A stretch of DNA of 64,000 nucleotides from a candidate division WOR-3 bacterium (GCA_965649115.1 CBFGJN010000001.1:13576-77575); one strand, 5' to 3'. Positions 1 through 10,589 are shown, counted from the first letter of the stretch. Numbers and translations: made by a program. The notes: a model not told the origin generated them from the letters alone.

Positions 1-2
1 TT

Positions 3-1289
3 ATTGTTGTTGGTAAAGATGGTGGTGGTATGATAACGAAAATGGATTTAAATGGAAATATAAAATGGGCAAAGAGAGTAGGAGGACTATATACTATAAA
101 CGATATTGTAGAAACATTAGATGGTAAATATATTGTAGTTGGACAAACGGATGCAGGGAATATTTTTATATCTAAAATTGATACGAATGGAATAGAAATT
201 TGGAAAAAATCAATATATAATGGTGGGCTTGCTTCTGGTTATAAGATAGTAAAACTAGGAGATGGAAATTATTTAATTATTGATTATTTTAGGGGTATTG
301 CAGTAATAGATGAGAGTGGAAATGTAATAAAAACTAGGAAAGAAAATACTTATTCCAATACGATATTTTACACTGGTTTGGCAAGAATTGAGGGTAGTTA
401 CTTAATAGCAGGCAATATCTCTTCACAAGGAATGGCTATTGTTCATACTGACTTTTCAATTGATTATTTTACAAAAGCAGATAATCCTAATGCTTCTATT
501 TATCCTTACTTTATTTTTCAAGATGATGATAGTTCGTGCATTATTACTGGCTCTATTAACTCACAAGGCTTTATAATAAGACTTGATAAAAATATAAATC
601 CATTTCAATTAAAGTGGGCTAAAATTTATAATGGAACGAATAACATAAAATTTATTTCAAAAACTTCTGATGGAAATTATATTGCTATTGGAAACTATAA
701 ACCAAATAATGATTCTACTCAAATTGTCATATTTAAAACAGATACACTTGGAAATGTTATTTTCTCTAAAATTTTTAAGAGTCTTCATAATAAGTTCATC
801 ACATCAGCTATTTATAAAAATGGCTATGTCTATGTAATTTCAAATTTTAAGAATGTTAATAATAATGTCGATTTTTTGGTTATGAAAATAGATGAGAACC
901 TATCAGGAGATTGTAATTTCCAAAATCATAATTTAACATATAGTGATTTTCAGCTTAACAGGCAAGCTTTAACTCATTCTTACAATATATCAAATTCAAT
1001 AAGTACTCCATCAACATCAATAAATGATTTGAATTATAATAGCTATAATTTTTGTACTACTCATAATCTTGAAAGTTGTCATTATAATATATCAATCTCA
1101 ATAAGTGGATACAATTTGAAAATTTATTCTCCATACAGAAATGAAATGTTTTATATTTACGATGTTTTAGGTAATCTTATAAAAAGAGGATATTTAAAAG
1201 AAAATAATTTAATTAGTTTTAGTAAAGCGGGAATTTACATTTTAAAAGTTAAAGACAGAACTTATAAACTTTTCATAGGAAGGAGGTGA
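3..1289 (+). CDS. Secreted beta-propeller-like protein with T9SS-like C-terminal sorting domain (5' end probably outside window)
   Basis: Frame is open from base 3. Repeated 'K.D.NGN..W.K' blades; C-terminal 'IYDVLGNLIK...KAGIYILKV'. Confidence 0.7.
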   Translation: MVVGKDGGGMITKMDLNGNIKWAKRVGGLYTINDIVETLDGKYIVVGQTDAGNIFISKIDTNGIEIWKKSIYNGGLASGYKIVKLGDGNYLIIDYFRGIAVIDESGNVIKTRKENTYSNTIFYTGLARIEGSYLIAGNISSQGMAIVHTDFSIDYFTKADNPNASIYPYFIFQDDDSSCIITGSINSQGFIIRLDKNINPFQLKWAKIYNGTNNIKFISKTSDGNYIAIGNYKPNNDSTQIVIFKTDTLGNVIFSKIFKSLHNKFITSAIYKNGYVYVISNFKNVNNNVDFLVMKIDENLSGDCNFQNHNLTYSDFQLNRQALTHSYNISNSISTPSTSINDLNYNSYNFCTTHNLESCHYNISISISGYNLKIYSPYRNEMFYIYDVLGNLIKRGYLKENNLISFSKAGIYILKVKDRTYKLFIGRR

Positions 1290-1293
1290 GTTT

Positions 1294-1392
1294 ATGTTAA
1301 TGTTTATAATGAGCGAGATATTTCTTTGGAGAGGTGTAGCACAGGAACTAGAAAAAAGTTTCTATAAATTTAAAACTATAAAAAGGAGGTGA
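1294..1392 (+). pseudogene. 32-aa remnant of a secreted-protein gene (MLMFIMSEIFLWRGVAQELEKSFYKFKTIKRR)
   Basis: Strong SD (AGGAGGTG) before ATG 1294. N-terminus resembles MLFFIINQTLLW of 2528; C-terminus resembles a CTD end. Confidence 0.45.
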
Positions 1393-1396
1393 AAAT

Positions 1397-2512
1397 ATGA
1401 TGCCCCTTATAATAACCACCATAACTCAAAACAACCCTGGAATGTGGGATGAATACATAAGAACCTACGAGAGGACAATAATAGAGAACAAAGGACAACT
1501 GAAAGACAGAGAAATAATCCTATACTCAAAAATAGACAAAAACCTAAACATATACCTAAAAGAGGACGGACTATACTTTGTAATATACTCAAACGAAAAA
1601 TATAACATAGTAAAGTACAATCTTATGTCATCAAGAATAAAAAAAGAGAACATAGTATATGAAGAAGAACTACCTGGATACAGAAATTACTATTTATCAA
1701 ATAGCCAAGGGGTGCTTTTTGTAAAGAGTTATAAGAAAGCCATAATAAAGGACATATATAACAACATAGATTGGGTATTAAAATTTGACGAATATGGCAA
1801 ATTTCATCACGAATTTATAGTAAAGAAAGGGGGGAGAGTTGAAGACATAAAGATAAGGATTGAAAATGGAAAAATCAGAATAGATGATAACAGAAAAAAC
1901 ATAATAATAACTACTGAACTTGGAGAGATAAAAGATGGAAACTTAATAGCATATCAAGAAGGCAAGGAAATTGAAGTAAAATTAAATTTGAGTAATAATA
2001 ATGAAATAACTTATGAAGTTTCAAATTATGACAAGAACAAGGATTTAACAATTGACCCAAATACACTAATATGGTCTACTTACTTTGGAGGAAGTAGTGA
2101 TGATTTTTCTTATTCCATTACAACAGATGCTAATGGTAATGTATATATAACGGGATACACTGCTTCAACAGACTTTCCATTAGCAAATCCAGGAGGAGGC
2201 GCTTATTTTGATAATACTCAAAATGGTTCTTACGATGCTTTCATTTCAAAATTTACTGGTTCAACTTCCATAAATGAAAAATATGAATATACCTATATTA
2301 AAGATGGAATATATTTAAATCTACAAAAGACAGACAAGCCCATTAAAGTTATAATTTATAGCATAGATGGAAAGTTAATAAGAGAATATAACTATTTAAA
2401 ATCAGATGGGAAATTATTTATTAGAACCAAAGAATTAAAAAATGGCATTTATATTATAAAGGTTTATATTGATAGTAGAGAAGTTCTAAGTTTAAAAGCA
2501 ATTAAAAATTAA
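1397..2512 (+). CDS. SBBP-repeat secreted protein with T9SS-like CTD
   Basis: SD AAGGAGGTG; 'LTIDP..LIWSTYFGGS.DD....ITTDANGNVYITGYT.STDFP' repeat; CTD 'IYSIDGKLI...LKNGIYIIKV'. Confidence 0.75.
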   Translation: MMPLIITTITQNNPGMWDEYIRTYERTIIENKGQLKDREIILYSKIDKNLNIYLKEDGLYFVIYSNEKYNIVKYNLMSSRIKKENIVYEEELPGYRNYYLSNSQGVLFVKSYKKAIIKDIYNNIDWVLKFDEYGKFHHEFIVKKGGRVEDIKIRIENGKIRIDDNRKNIIITTELGEIKDGNLIAYQEGKEIEVKLNLSNNNEITYEVSNYDKNKDLTIDPNTLIWSTYFGGSSDDFSYSITTDANGNVYITGYTASTDFPLANPGGGAYFDNTQNGSYDAFISKFTGSTSINEKYEYTYIKDGIYLNLQKTDKPIKVIIYSIDGKLIREYNYLKSDGKLFIRTKELKNGIYIIKVYIDSREVLSLKAIKN

Positions 2513-2527
2513 AAAGGAGGTCAAGCT

Positions 2528-3994
2528 ATGCTCTTCTTTATCATAAATCAAACACTTCTTTGGATGGCGACTGAACAGGGTAATGGTCCAGGGGGTGCAT
2601 CTATGAAGATTATCTATTATAATGATACACTCTTTTCTTTTGGAACGCTGAATATGAGTAATTTCTCAACCGACTACGATGTATGTAGTATATCTTATAG
2701 CATGAATGGGACTAAACTTTGGCAAAATTGCTACGGTGGTAATGCTAATTCAAATGACCATTTTGGTGACGCTATAATAGGAATTGACGGATATATATAT
2801 ACTACCGCTGGGGTTAAGAATTTAAGTAGTGATTATGATATAGTTGTTTATAAGCACAATAGGGCTAATCTTATACCTGTATGGAGTTATTTGTATAACA
2901 GCTCTCAAAATAGGTGGGATGAAAGTAGTGTTATTGTCCAGGATAATAGTGGGAATCTGTATGTAGGGGGCTATTCTGATACAATTGTTAATAACACTAC
3001 AAGTCAAAAGCATATTGTTTTAAGCCTTAATCAAAATGGAAATTTAAGATGGATTTATAAGAATTATGTAGGTAATAATTGGGGATATTCTCAAGGTGTT
3101 CGATCAATAGCTTATGTTAATAATGCTGTTTATGCTTCTGGAACATTTAATTCTTCAACAATTTTTTCATTAAATGCTAATAATGGTTCTTTGAAGTGGT
3201 ACAATTCGCAAGTTTTGCCTAATGATAATATAATTTACGATAATGGTTATTTATATGTTTCTGGTGTTAAATGGTTTGCTGGCGTACCAAAATTAACAGT
3301 TGATAAAGTTGATACGATAAATGGTAGTTCTATATGGGGGACGATAGTATCAGATTCTATAGCAACTGGGAGCACACGGATTACAAAAGGAACTGATGGA
3401 TATATTTATTTTATTGGTTGTGCAAGTTATAATAATGTTTATCAATATATTATTTCAAAAATTGATCCTCAAAATGGGCAGAAAATTTTTGCTTCAAATT
3501 ATTCAATATTGAATTCTTCTTGTCCTGGTTCTACGCCTGTTATTTATGGCAATAATGGTAGTTTATATTTTGGTGGAAAAAGAGCTGATTCACTTGTTAT
3601 TTATAAAATAAATTCACAAAATGGAAACTTAATATGGAAATGGACTTATCCCCAATCTATGGTTTATTCAATCGTTTATGTTAATTCAAATCCTCCAAAA
3701 ATATGTGGCTCTGGGTATTTAGGGAATAACTTTCTAACATTTTGTATTCAAGATAATTCAACTCAAATTTTAGAGAAGAGTAATTTAATAATAAAGGATA
3801 ACAAGATAATTGTAAAGTTGTCTGGAGTTTCAAAAAACAATTTAAAAATTGCTTTATATTCTGTTGATGGAAGGAAAATCTATGAAAGTAGTTTTGAAAT
3901 TAAGAATGGGGAAGTTTCTCTTAATAAACCTGATAGAAGAGGTATTTACATTATAAAAATTGAATCCATAGGAAGCATGAGGGTTATTTTTTAA
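2528..3994 (+). CDS. Secreted beta-propeller protein with T9SS-like CTD
   Basis: SD AAGGAGG; repeated 'NG.L.W' blades; CTD 'LYSVDGRKI...RGIYIIKI'. Confidence 0.7.
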   Translation: MLFFIINQTLLWMATEQGNGPGGASMKIIYYNDTLFSFGTLNMSNFSTDYDVCSISYSMNGTKLWQNCYGGNANSNDHFGDAIIGIDGYIYTTAGVKNLSSDYDIVVYKHNRANLIPVWSYLYNSSQNRWDESSVIVQDNSGNLYVGGYSDTIVNNTTSQKHIVLSLNQNGNLRWIYKNYVGNNWGYSQGVRSIAYVNNAVYASGTFNSSTIFSLNANNGSLKWYNSQVLPNDNIIYDNGYLYVSGVKWFAGVPKLTVDKVDTINGSSIWGTIVSDSIATGSTRITKGTDGYIYFIGCASYNNVYQYIISKIDPQNGQKIFASNYSILNSSCPGSTPVIYGNNGSLYFGGKRADSLVIYKINSQNGNLIWKWTYPQSMVYSIVYVNSNPPKICGSGYLGNNFLTFCIQDNSTQILEKSNLIIKDNKIIVKLSGVSKNNLKIALYSVDGRKIYESSFEIKNGEVSLNKPDRRGIYIIKIESIGSMRVIF

Positions 3995-4012
3995 AAAGGG
4001 GCTCTTGCCCCT
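3993..4012. terminator. Intrinsic terminator between convergent genes
   Basis: AGGGGC-TCTT-GCCCCT hairpin with flanking A run (U tail on minus strand). Confidence 0.7.
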
Positions 4013-4015
4013 AAA

Positions 4016-5461
4016 TTAAGAGCTTTTTACTTGTACATTTAAAAATACATCGTTGTAATTTTTTGAAATAATTTCAAATCCAAATTTTTTATTTAAATAG
4101 TTTATAATTCGCTTGACTTCTTTTTTTCTAAAATAATAGTAGCTATTTAGGTTAATGTGGCATTGCGATTTTATTAAACTTAATAAAAATTTACAAGCTT
4201 TGCTATTCTTTCTCAATTTTATTAATTTATTATCAATTTTGAAGTTGATGAATGTTTTTTCTTCAATTAAACTTAAACTTTTTGGAAGTTTCAAGTATCT
4301 TGAAATAATTTTTAAGAATTTTAAATTTTTCTGTGCTTTTGGAATTTTTCTAAATAAAATCATATTTAAATATAAATGAGTTAAAACTTTATGCTTCTTC
4401 GCCAACTGAAATGCATTATTGAACCTACCTTTCAAAAAATAATAAGTAATTTTATCCTTAATTCTTAAAGAATTTTTAAAAGAATTTAAGTCAATTTTAG
4501 GTTTTAAGTTATCGTATATTGCTTTTTTTAGGTTTATAAGCATTTCGTAATTACTATAAGCAATTTTGTATTTATGACATAAAAATGAGATTTTTCTTAA
4601 ATTAATCTCAAATAAAACTTGCTGATCTGTCATTAAGTAGGCAATAGCTTTTTTTACTAAATATGCTATTTGTTCTCCATCATATTTACTTTTAAAGCCA
4701 AAAGTCAAGAATTTTCTGAAATTTCCTTCATAAAAGTAAATATCAGGGTCTTGTGGATTAATTTTTTCAAGCTTGTCAATAGTTCCAATTGAAACATAAA
4801 TGCTTTTTAATAAATTATATATCCAGTTTTCTTGTTGTTTTCTATAAAGTTTTTCAAATAATTTCAAGAGTTTATTTAAAACTTCTTTTCTATCCCACAA
4901 GGAATTTAGAATCATACCGAAAATTCTATATTTCAGCCAATTAGGCAGTTTTATGATATTACCTTTTTCGTTATTGTAAATTTCAAAAATTTCATCTTTT
5001 TTCCCTAAGTTTCTCAAAATCTCAAGTTTTACAAGTAAAAATTTATAGTAGGAAAATTTATAACTTGATTTTATACATATCTCCATATATTCTTCAACTT
5101 TTTTTAAGGCTAAGTGAAAGTCAATTTTTCCAAATGATATTAAATGATTATATTTATGTGGTAGATGAAATAGTGGAAGATACTTATCATCAATGCTTTC
5201 ATAAAGATATGTCCATTCTTGTTTTAATAAATTATATTTCAAAATTTCTTTTATTGATTTAAAGTCCTTTTGCTCTATTAATTTTGTTATAATTTTTAAA
5301 AACTCATTGCTTGGATATTCAAATGAATAAACACCGTATCTTGATAGTTTTTCATTTATTGTTGAGATTGGTAATTTGAAATGTTTTGAGATTTTTTTAT
5401 GATGAAAAATTAAATTTTTTTCCACATACAAGTAAATTTTATAAGCAATTTCATCTATCAT
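4016..5461 (-). CDS. Hypothetical helical protein, possible DNA-binding regulator
   Basis: 481 aa; N-terminal HTH-like 'KKISKHFKLPISTINEKL'; -10 motif 6 nt upstream of ATG. Confidence 0.45.
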   Translation of the reverse strand: MIDEIAYKIYLYVEKNLIFHHKKISKHFKLPISTINEKLSRYGVYSFEYPSNEFLKIITKLIEQKDFKSIKEILKYNLLKQEWTYLYESIDDKYLPLFHLPHKYNHLISFGKIDFHLALKKVEEYMEICIKSSYKFSYYKFLLVKLEILRNLGKKDEIFEIYNNEKGNIIKLPNWLKYRIFGMILNSLWDRKEVLNKLLKLFEKLYRKQQENWIYNLLKSIYVSIGTIDKLEKINPQDPDIYFYEGNFRKFLTFGFKSKYDGEQIAYLVKKAIAYLMTDQQVLFEINLRKISFLCHKYKIAYSNYEMLINLKKAIYDNLKPKIDLNSFKNSLRIKDKITYYFLKGRFNNAFQLAKKHKVLTHLYLNMILFRKIPKAQKNLKFLKIISRYLKLPKSLSLIEEKTFINFKIDNKLIKLRKNSKACKFLLSLIKSQCHINLNSYYYFRKKEVKRIINYLNKKFGFEIISKNYNDVFLNVQVKSS

Positions 5462-5474
5462 AGTAAAATTTTAA

Positions 5475-5729
5475 AGCTGTGTCTAATAATTCTGGAATTA
5501 TTTATTTTCCTCCTAAAACAAGGATTTCTAATAAATTTTCATAAGTTAAAGCATAATTCTAAAAATATAATCATTCCTATTTAAGGCTTCACAATTCATC
5601 AACCCTCCATTGTCTTGAAATGCTTGAAGTAATAGGGAATTAAAAAGGCTTAGAACCGAAGGCTCAATTCGTAGGGTGAGTGGTAAAAGTATAGAAATAA
5701 TTATACTCTCAGAATTTTTGGACACAGCA
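5475..5729. mobile_element. Degenerate composite of the intergenic MITE family (two outward-facing ends)
   Basis: Starts AGCTGTGTCTAATAATTCT, ends TTTTGGACACAGCA; internal ACCGAAGGCT and GGGTGAGTGG blocks. Confidence 0.7.
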
Positions 5730-5770
5730 AAAACCATTTATTTTTTAGCTTTAAAATTTTCAAAGTTTTT

Positions 5771-7039
5771 ATGCTTGATTTAAGTTATCTAAAGGGAGAA
5801 AAACTTGAAAAATTAAAAAGTAGTTTAATAAATAGAGGATATAGCTTAGATATTCTTGAAAAGATTTTGGATATTGATGGAAAAAGAAGGAAATTAATTA
5901 AGGAAGTGGATGATTTAAGAGCAAAGAAAAATGAGAAATCAAAAATTATTTCTCAAATGATATCAAAAGGAGAAAATGTAGATGATTTATTAAAGGAGGC
6001 AAGGGAAATTGATAATATGCTTGAACATTTGGAAGAAGAAAGAAGAAAAATTGAAAATGAATTTAATTATTATTGGAGTTTAATTCCAAACATTCCCCAT
6101 CAAAGTGTTCCTATTGGTAAAGATAGTTCTGATAATGTAGTAGTTAGAGAATGGGGTAGAATTCCAGAATTTGAATTTGAACCCAAACCACACTGGGAAA
6201 TATGCGAAAAACTTGATATTATAGATTTTAATATGGGAGGGGAATTAGCAGGTTCAAGATTTGTTGTTTATAAAGGAATTGGAGCAGAGCTTGAATGGGC
6301 TTTGATAAACTATTTTAGAGAATTTGCTAAAAAGCATGGATATAAAGAAATTATTCCACCATTTTTGGTAAATGAAAGAGTTATGTTCAATAGTGGCCAA
6401 TTACCAAAATTTAAGGATGAAATGTACTATATTGAAAAAGATGAGTTATATCTCGTTCCTACAGCAGAAGTTCCACTAACAAGTTTATTTATGAATAAAA
6501 CATTAGATGAAGAAGAATTACCTATATATTACTTTGCCTATACACCTTGTTTTAGGAGAGAAGCTGGCGCTTATGGTAAAGATGTTAGAGGAATTAAAAG
6601 AATGCATCAATTTAATAAAGTTGAATTATATAAATTTACACTTCCTGAAAATTCATATGAGGAACATGAAAAAATGGTAAGAGATGTTGAGGAAATTTTA
6701 CAAAGTTTGAATATTCCTTATAGAGTTGTTTTGCTATGTACTGGTGATATGGGCTTTGCATCAGCTAAAACTTATGATATTGAGGTTTATTGTGCAGGGC
6801 AAGGTGGTTATTTGGAAGCAAGTTCAATTAGTAATGTAGAAGATTTTCAAAGTAGAAGAGCTAATATAAAAGTTAAAAGAAAAAGTGGAAAGAAGGATTT
6901 TGTTCATACACTTAATGGTTCAGGTCTTGCAACACCAAGAGTCCTAATAAGTATTATTGAAAATAATCAAACAAAGGAAGGTTATGTTGTTATTCCTGAA
7001 CCTTTAAGAAAATATATTGGAGTTGATATTATTAAATGA
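5771..7039 (+). CDS. serS: Serine--tRNA ligase
   Basis: Coiled-coil arm, 'LVPTAEVPL', 'FRREAGAYGKD.RG..RMHQF.KVE', 'HTLNGSGLA..R'. Confidence 0.98.
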   Translation: MLDLSYLKGEKLEKLKSSLINRGYSLDILEKILDIDGKRRKLIKEVDDLRAKKNEKSKIISQMISKGENVDDLLKEAREIDNMLEHLEEERRKIENEFNYYWSLIPNIPHQSVPIGKDSSDNVVVREWGRIPEFEFEPKPHWEICEKLDIIDFNMGGELAGSRFVVYKGIGAELEWALINYFREFAKKHGYKEIIPPFLVNERVMFNSGQLPKFKDEMYYIEKDELYLVPTAEVPLTSLFMNKTLDEEELPIYYFAYTPCFRREAGAYGKDVRGIKRMHQFNKVELYKFTLPENSYEEHEKMVRDVEEILQSLNIPYRVVLLCTGDMGFASAKTYDIEVYCAGQGGYLEASSISNVEDFQSRRANIKVKRKSGKKDFVHTLNGSGLATPRVLISIIENNQTKEGYVVIPEPLRKYIGVDIIK

Positions 7040-7889
7040 AATTTTTAAGAAGTTTTCTTTCAATTTTTTCAATTATCCTATTTTTTTTGATGGTTTATTT
7101 TGCATTTAAAGATATTGATAAAATCAAGGAGATTTTAAAATTCTCAAATAAATTCTATCTTCTTTTATCAGGGATTTTTTTTTAGCGTTTAATTTATTTT
7201 CAATTTATATTGTTAAGTTTATCTATCATTTTTTTTCACTTGAATTATCATTTAAGAGAGCTTTTTATATTTCATTTATTTCAATTCTTGGAAGATACCT
7301 ACCTGGAAGGTTTTGGACATTTACATTACTTTTAGCATTCTCAAAAGCTTTAAATTTAGATTTGAAAGCAATTACAAAAGGTGCAATTTTAAATCAATTT
7401 TTCTTAATTTTTTCAGCAATTCCTGCGTTGTGTTTTTATTTTTTGGAAATAAAAAATTACTTACTATTTTTTATTTTTTTAATTTTTTTCCTTATCTTTC
7501 CATTAACATTACATTTTTTGTCTTTAAAGTACGAAATAAAATTAAATGTCTTTGTGTTTTTAAAAATTTTTTTAATGTTTTTAGTTCTTTGGTTTCTTGT
7601 GGGTTTTTCTTTATTTTTCTTTATTTTATCATTTTCAAAATCAATAAATTTATTTTATACAATTTTAATTTTTCCGATAGCTTATAACATTGGGATATTG
7701 TCTTTAATATCACCTGCGGGAATTGGTATAAGAGAGGGAGTTATGACATTTATGTTATTAAAGTTTTTTGATTTGGAATTTTCAAATAAAATTAGTGTTC
7801 TTTTTAGAATTTTTAATTTGATTATTGAATTGTTTCTTTCACTAATAGCTTATATTTTGTATAAATTAGATAAACTAAGTAGAATTTAA
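7036..7889 (+). pseudogene. Lysylphosphatidylglycerol-synthase-TM/YbhN flippase-like gene, frameshifted in a T9 run
   Basis: ATG 7036 overlaps the serS stop and ends at TAG 7183. One more T in 7175-7183 joins it to the frame with 'LGRYLPGRFW' and 'ISPAGIGIREG'. Confidence 0.7.
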
Positions 7890-8441
7890 CAGATTTACTA
7901 AATTTTCCTTGCTTAATGTATTCAGCTCAAAATTACCAAAATTTACTATAATTGCCCTATTTTTAATTTTAATAATCATAGGAAGAGCATAATAAGGCTC
8001 AATTCTTTTTAAAAAACTATAAATTTTTTCATTAAAGTCAAGAATCCCATCGTTTTCATCGTGAAGTTTTCCCTCGGGAAAAATAAAGAAGTAAAATTTA
8101 TTTGGAAATTCGTTAAGAAGTCTAATTGTTTTAATAATTGAAGCAGTTCTAATATGTTTTTCTTTAAATGGTAAAGTTAATGCAAATTTTGAAAAAAATG
8201 GATATTTTTCATATTCTTCCATCCAAATAATTATTTTTCTATCTTTAAGGATTGTTTTTCTTAACCTATTTAAAATATGAACATCATAAATATAAAAGTG
8301 ATTGGAATAAATAATAATTTTTTTATCTTTGTATTCACTAAAATTTGGAATGTTCAATAAAATTAACTTTCCAATCATTTTTAATTGAATTTCAAGAACA
8401 AGATCAACAAGAAACTTAGGATAATAACTTTTAATACTCAT
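7875..8441 (-). CDS. PlsC-family lysophospholipid acyltransferase
   Basis: 'SNHFYIYD' (HxxxxD) and 'IFPEG' motifs. Confidence 0.8.
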   Translation of the reverse strand: MSIKSYYPKFLVDLVLEIQLKMIGKLILLNIPNFSEYKDKKIIIYSNHFYIYDVHILNRLRKTILKDRKIIIWMEEYEKYPFFSKFALTLPFKEKHIRTASIIKTIRLLNEFPNKFYFFIFPEGKLHDENDGILDFNEKIYSFLKRIEPYYALPMIIKIKNRAIIVNFGNFELNTLSKENLVNLLNST

Positions 8442-8532
8442 ATCAATAGAAAATGTTAAAGATTAGGTAAAAATAGACTTTATTTATTAAGCAAAACACA
8501 AATTTTTCATTTACTTTAAAATTTCAAACTTT

Positions 8533-9477
8533 ATGAAAACAATTGATTATCTTTTGAAATTTGACGGTAAAATTGTTTTAATTGTTCATAAAAATCCTGA
8601 CCCTGATTGTATTGGTAGTGCATTAGCACTTTACAAATTTTTAAAAAATTTTAAAAGTGATGTTAAAATTGTTTCAAAAGATGAACCACCTCAAAACTTG
8701 GATTATTTGAAAGGATTTAATGAGATTATTGTTAATAATTTTCAGGATGCTAATTTATATGTCTTAATTGATACACCTAATATAAAAAGAACAGGTTTTG
8801 ATAATTTTAATTTTAATAATAAAAATATAATAAAAATTGACCATCATATTTCTGATGATAAATATAGTGAATTTGATTATGTTAAGATTGAGGCTCCTTC
8901 AACAACATATCTGATTTTAGAACTTATAAGAAATTATAATGAAAATTATTTAGATGAAGATATGGCTGAGTGTATTTTTATAGGACTTGTAGGTGATACG
9001 GGTAGCTTTTCATATTCAAACTTGAAGTTAGCATTTGAAGCAGCTTTGTATTTAGCAAATAAAGGTTATGATTTATCTAAATTTTCAGAGAGATATTCAA
9101 GAAATAATTCAATAAGTAGATTTTGTTTAATTAGGAAGGCTCTTGAAACATTAAAGCAAGATGGTGAGATTGCTTATATTGTAATAAGAAAGCATTTTTA
9201 TGATGATTGTAGTGCTAAAAAATATGAAAATTTTGGAATTGTTGATTATCCACTTTCAATAAAAGGTGTAAAGGTTGCTTTGAAATTTGAAGAAATAGAA
9301 AATAATAAATGGAAAATAAATTTAAGAAGTAAAAAGGAAATAGATGTTCAAAAATTTGCTTCGCTTCATGGTGGTGGAGGACATAAGAATGCTTCTGCAT
9401 TTGAAAAGTTAGGAACAGAAGAAGAGGTTATAAATGAGGTTATTTCTGATTTGAAGGAATATCTAAAAAGCTTTTGA
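8533..9477 (+). CDS. nrnA: DHH/DHHA1 phosphoesterase (NrnA-like)
   Basis: 'H.NPD.D.IGS', 'IDHH', 'DTG.F', 'GGGGHKNAS'. Confidence 0.9.
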   Translation: MKTIDYLLKFDGKIVLIVHKNPDPDCIGSALALYKFLKNFKSDVKIVSKDEPPQNLDYLKGFNEIIVNNFQDANLYVLIDTPNIKRTGFDNFNFNNKNIIKIDHHISDDKYSEFDYVKIEAPSTTYLILELIRNYNENYLDEDMAECIFIGLVGDTGSFSYSNLKLAFEAALYLANKGYDLSKFSERYSRNNSISRFCLIRKALETLKQDGEIAYIVIRKHFYDDCSAKKYENFGIVDYPLSIKGVKVALKFEEIENNKWKINLRSKKEIDVQKFASLHGGGGHKNASAFEKLGTEEEVINEVISDLKEYLKSF

Positions 9478-10582
9478 TTTCATCAATTTCAGATTTTTTG
9501 TTTACTTTTAAAATTTCTAAAAGTTGATTAAAATCTTTATTGGTTAATTCATATAAGAATTGGATAATAGAAGCAAATCCACTTCCAATTAAAAATTTTA
9601 ATTGCTCGTAATCTATATTTTTAAAATTGAGAACCATAAGTTTCAAGTAATAGTCAGCAATTTTCAAATTATAATTCTCATCAAATTGTTCAGTTATATG
9701 TTTTGGTAAATTTTCAAATTTTAGAACTTTATTATCTAAGGATAATGCATATTTTATAGCATTTTCAATTTCGCTAAAATTTCCAAACCAAGGATAAGTT
9801 AAGAATGCTTTATAAAAGTTATCTTCAATCTCAATAAAATCATTTGAAATTTTCCTTAAAAAGTGTTCTAAAATTAGTAATTTTTCTTTATTGTTTCTTT
9901 CACTTATTGAGGGAATATAAATTGAAGGGATTGTCAATAAATTTTGTGGAGGAGATATTTTATCAGTAATAAAAATAATTCTCTGACCACGTTTATAAAT
10001 TTCATTTATAGCAAAATTCAAATCATATTCGTTTTCAAATAAATCTATATTTAGTATAATGATTGATTTTTCAGTTTTTTTATTATCAGTTTTGAATCCA
10101 GCATGTTTTTCCTCAATCTCAAAATAATCAATAGCATTTTCAAGAATTGATCTAATAATTGTTAATTTGCCAACACCTCTTTGACCATATATTAATATCC
10201 AAGGATTATAAGGACTTTTTAGTAATGTTTCAAGTTTTTCGTAAGTCTCCATTGTTTGACCATAATAGCAAACAAATTTAACATTTGCAGGTTTTAGGCT
10301 GTCTAAGTTGTAAAATTTATTATAAAAATCAGAAATTCTTTGTCTTATTGTCTTCTTTGAATAATCATTTAAGAAATTTTTAATTTCATCTTTATTTTCA
10401 AATGACCAATCTACTGATTTAAAATTCGTTTTACCAATTGTAATAGTTAGATAATTTAAGGATAATTCATATAATTTTTTATGGTTGTTAGGAATTATTA
10501 CAATATCGGGAATATCAGTTATAGATTTTGCTAATTCGTATTGTTCAATTTTTAGATCCTTTACTAAATTAAGAATTTTCAA
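9440..10582 (-). CDS. Degenerate sigma54-activator-like AAA+ protein
   Basis: 'ILIYGQRGVGK', 'IPSISER', 'YPWFGNFSEIENAI'; no GAFTGA. TTG start. Confidence 0.6.
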   Translation of the reverse strand: MKILNLVKDLKIEQYELAKSITDIPDIVIIPNNHKKLYELSLNYLTITIGKTNFKSVDWSFENKDEIKNFLNDYSKKTIRQRISDFYNKFYNLDSLKPANVKFVCYYGQTMETYEKLETLLKSPYNPWILIYGQRGVGKLTIIRSILENAIDYFEIEEKHAGFKTDNKKTEKSIIILNIDLFENEYDLNFAINEIYKRGQRIIFITDKISPPQNLLTIPSIYIPSISERNNKEKLLILEHFLRKISNDFIEIEDNFYKAFLTYPWFGNFSEIENAIKYALSLDNKVLKFENLPKHITEQFDENYNLKIADYYLKLMVLNFKNIDYEQLKFLIGSGFASIIQFLYELTNKDFNQLLEILKVNKKSEIDEIKSFLDIPSNQK

Positions 10583-10589
10583 TAATAAG

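Noticed and set aside
7183..7185. Stop-codon reassignment
   Set aside because: The continuation is in another frame, and TAG/TGA end other genes normally.
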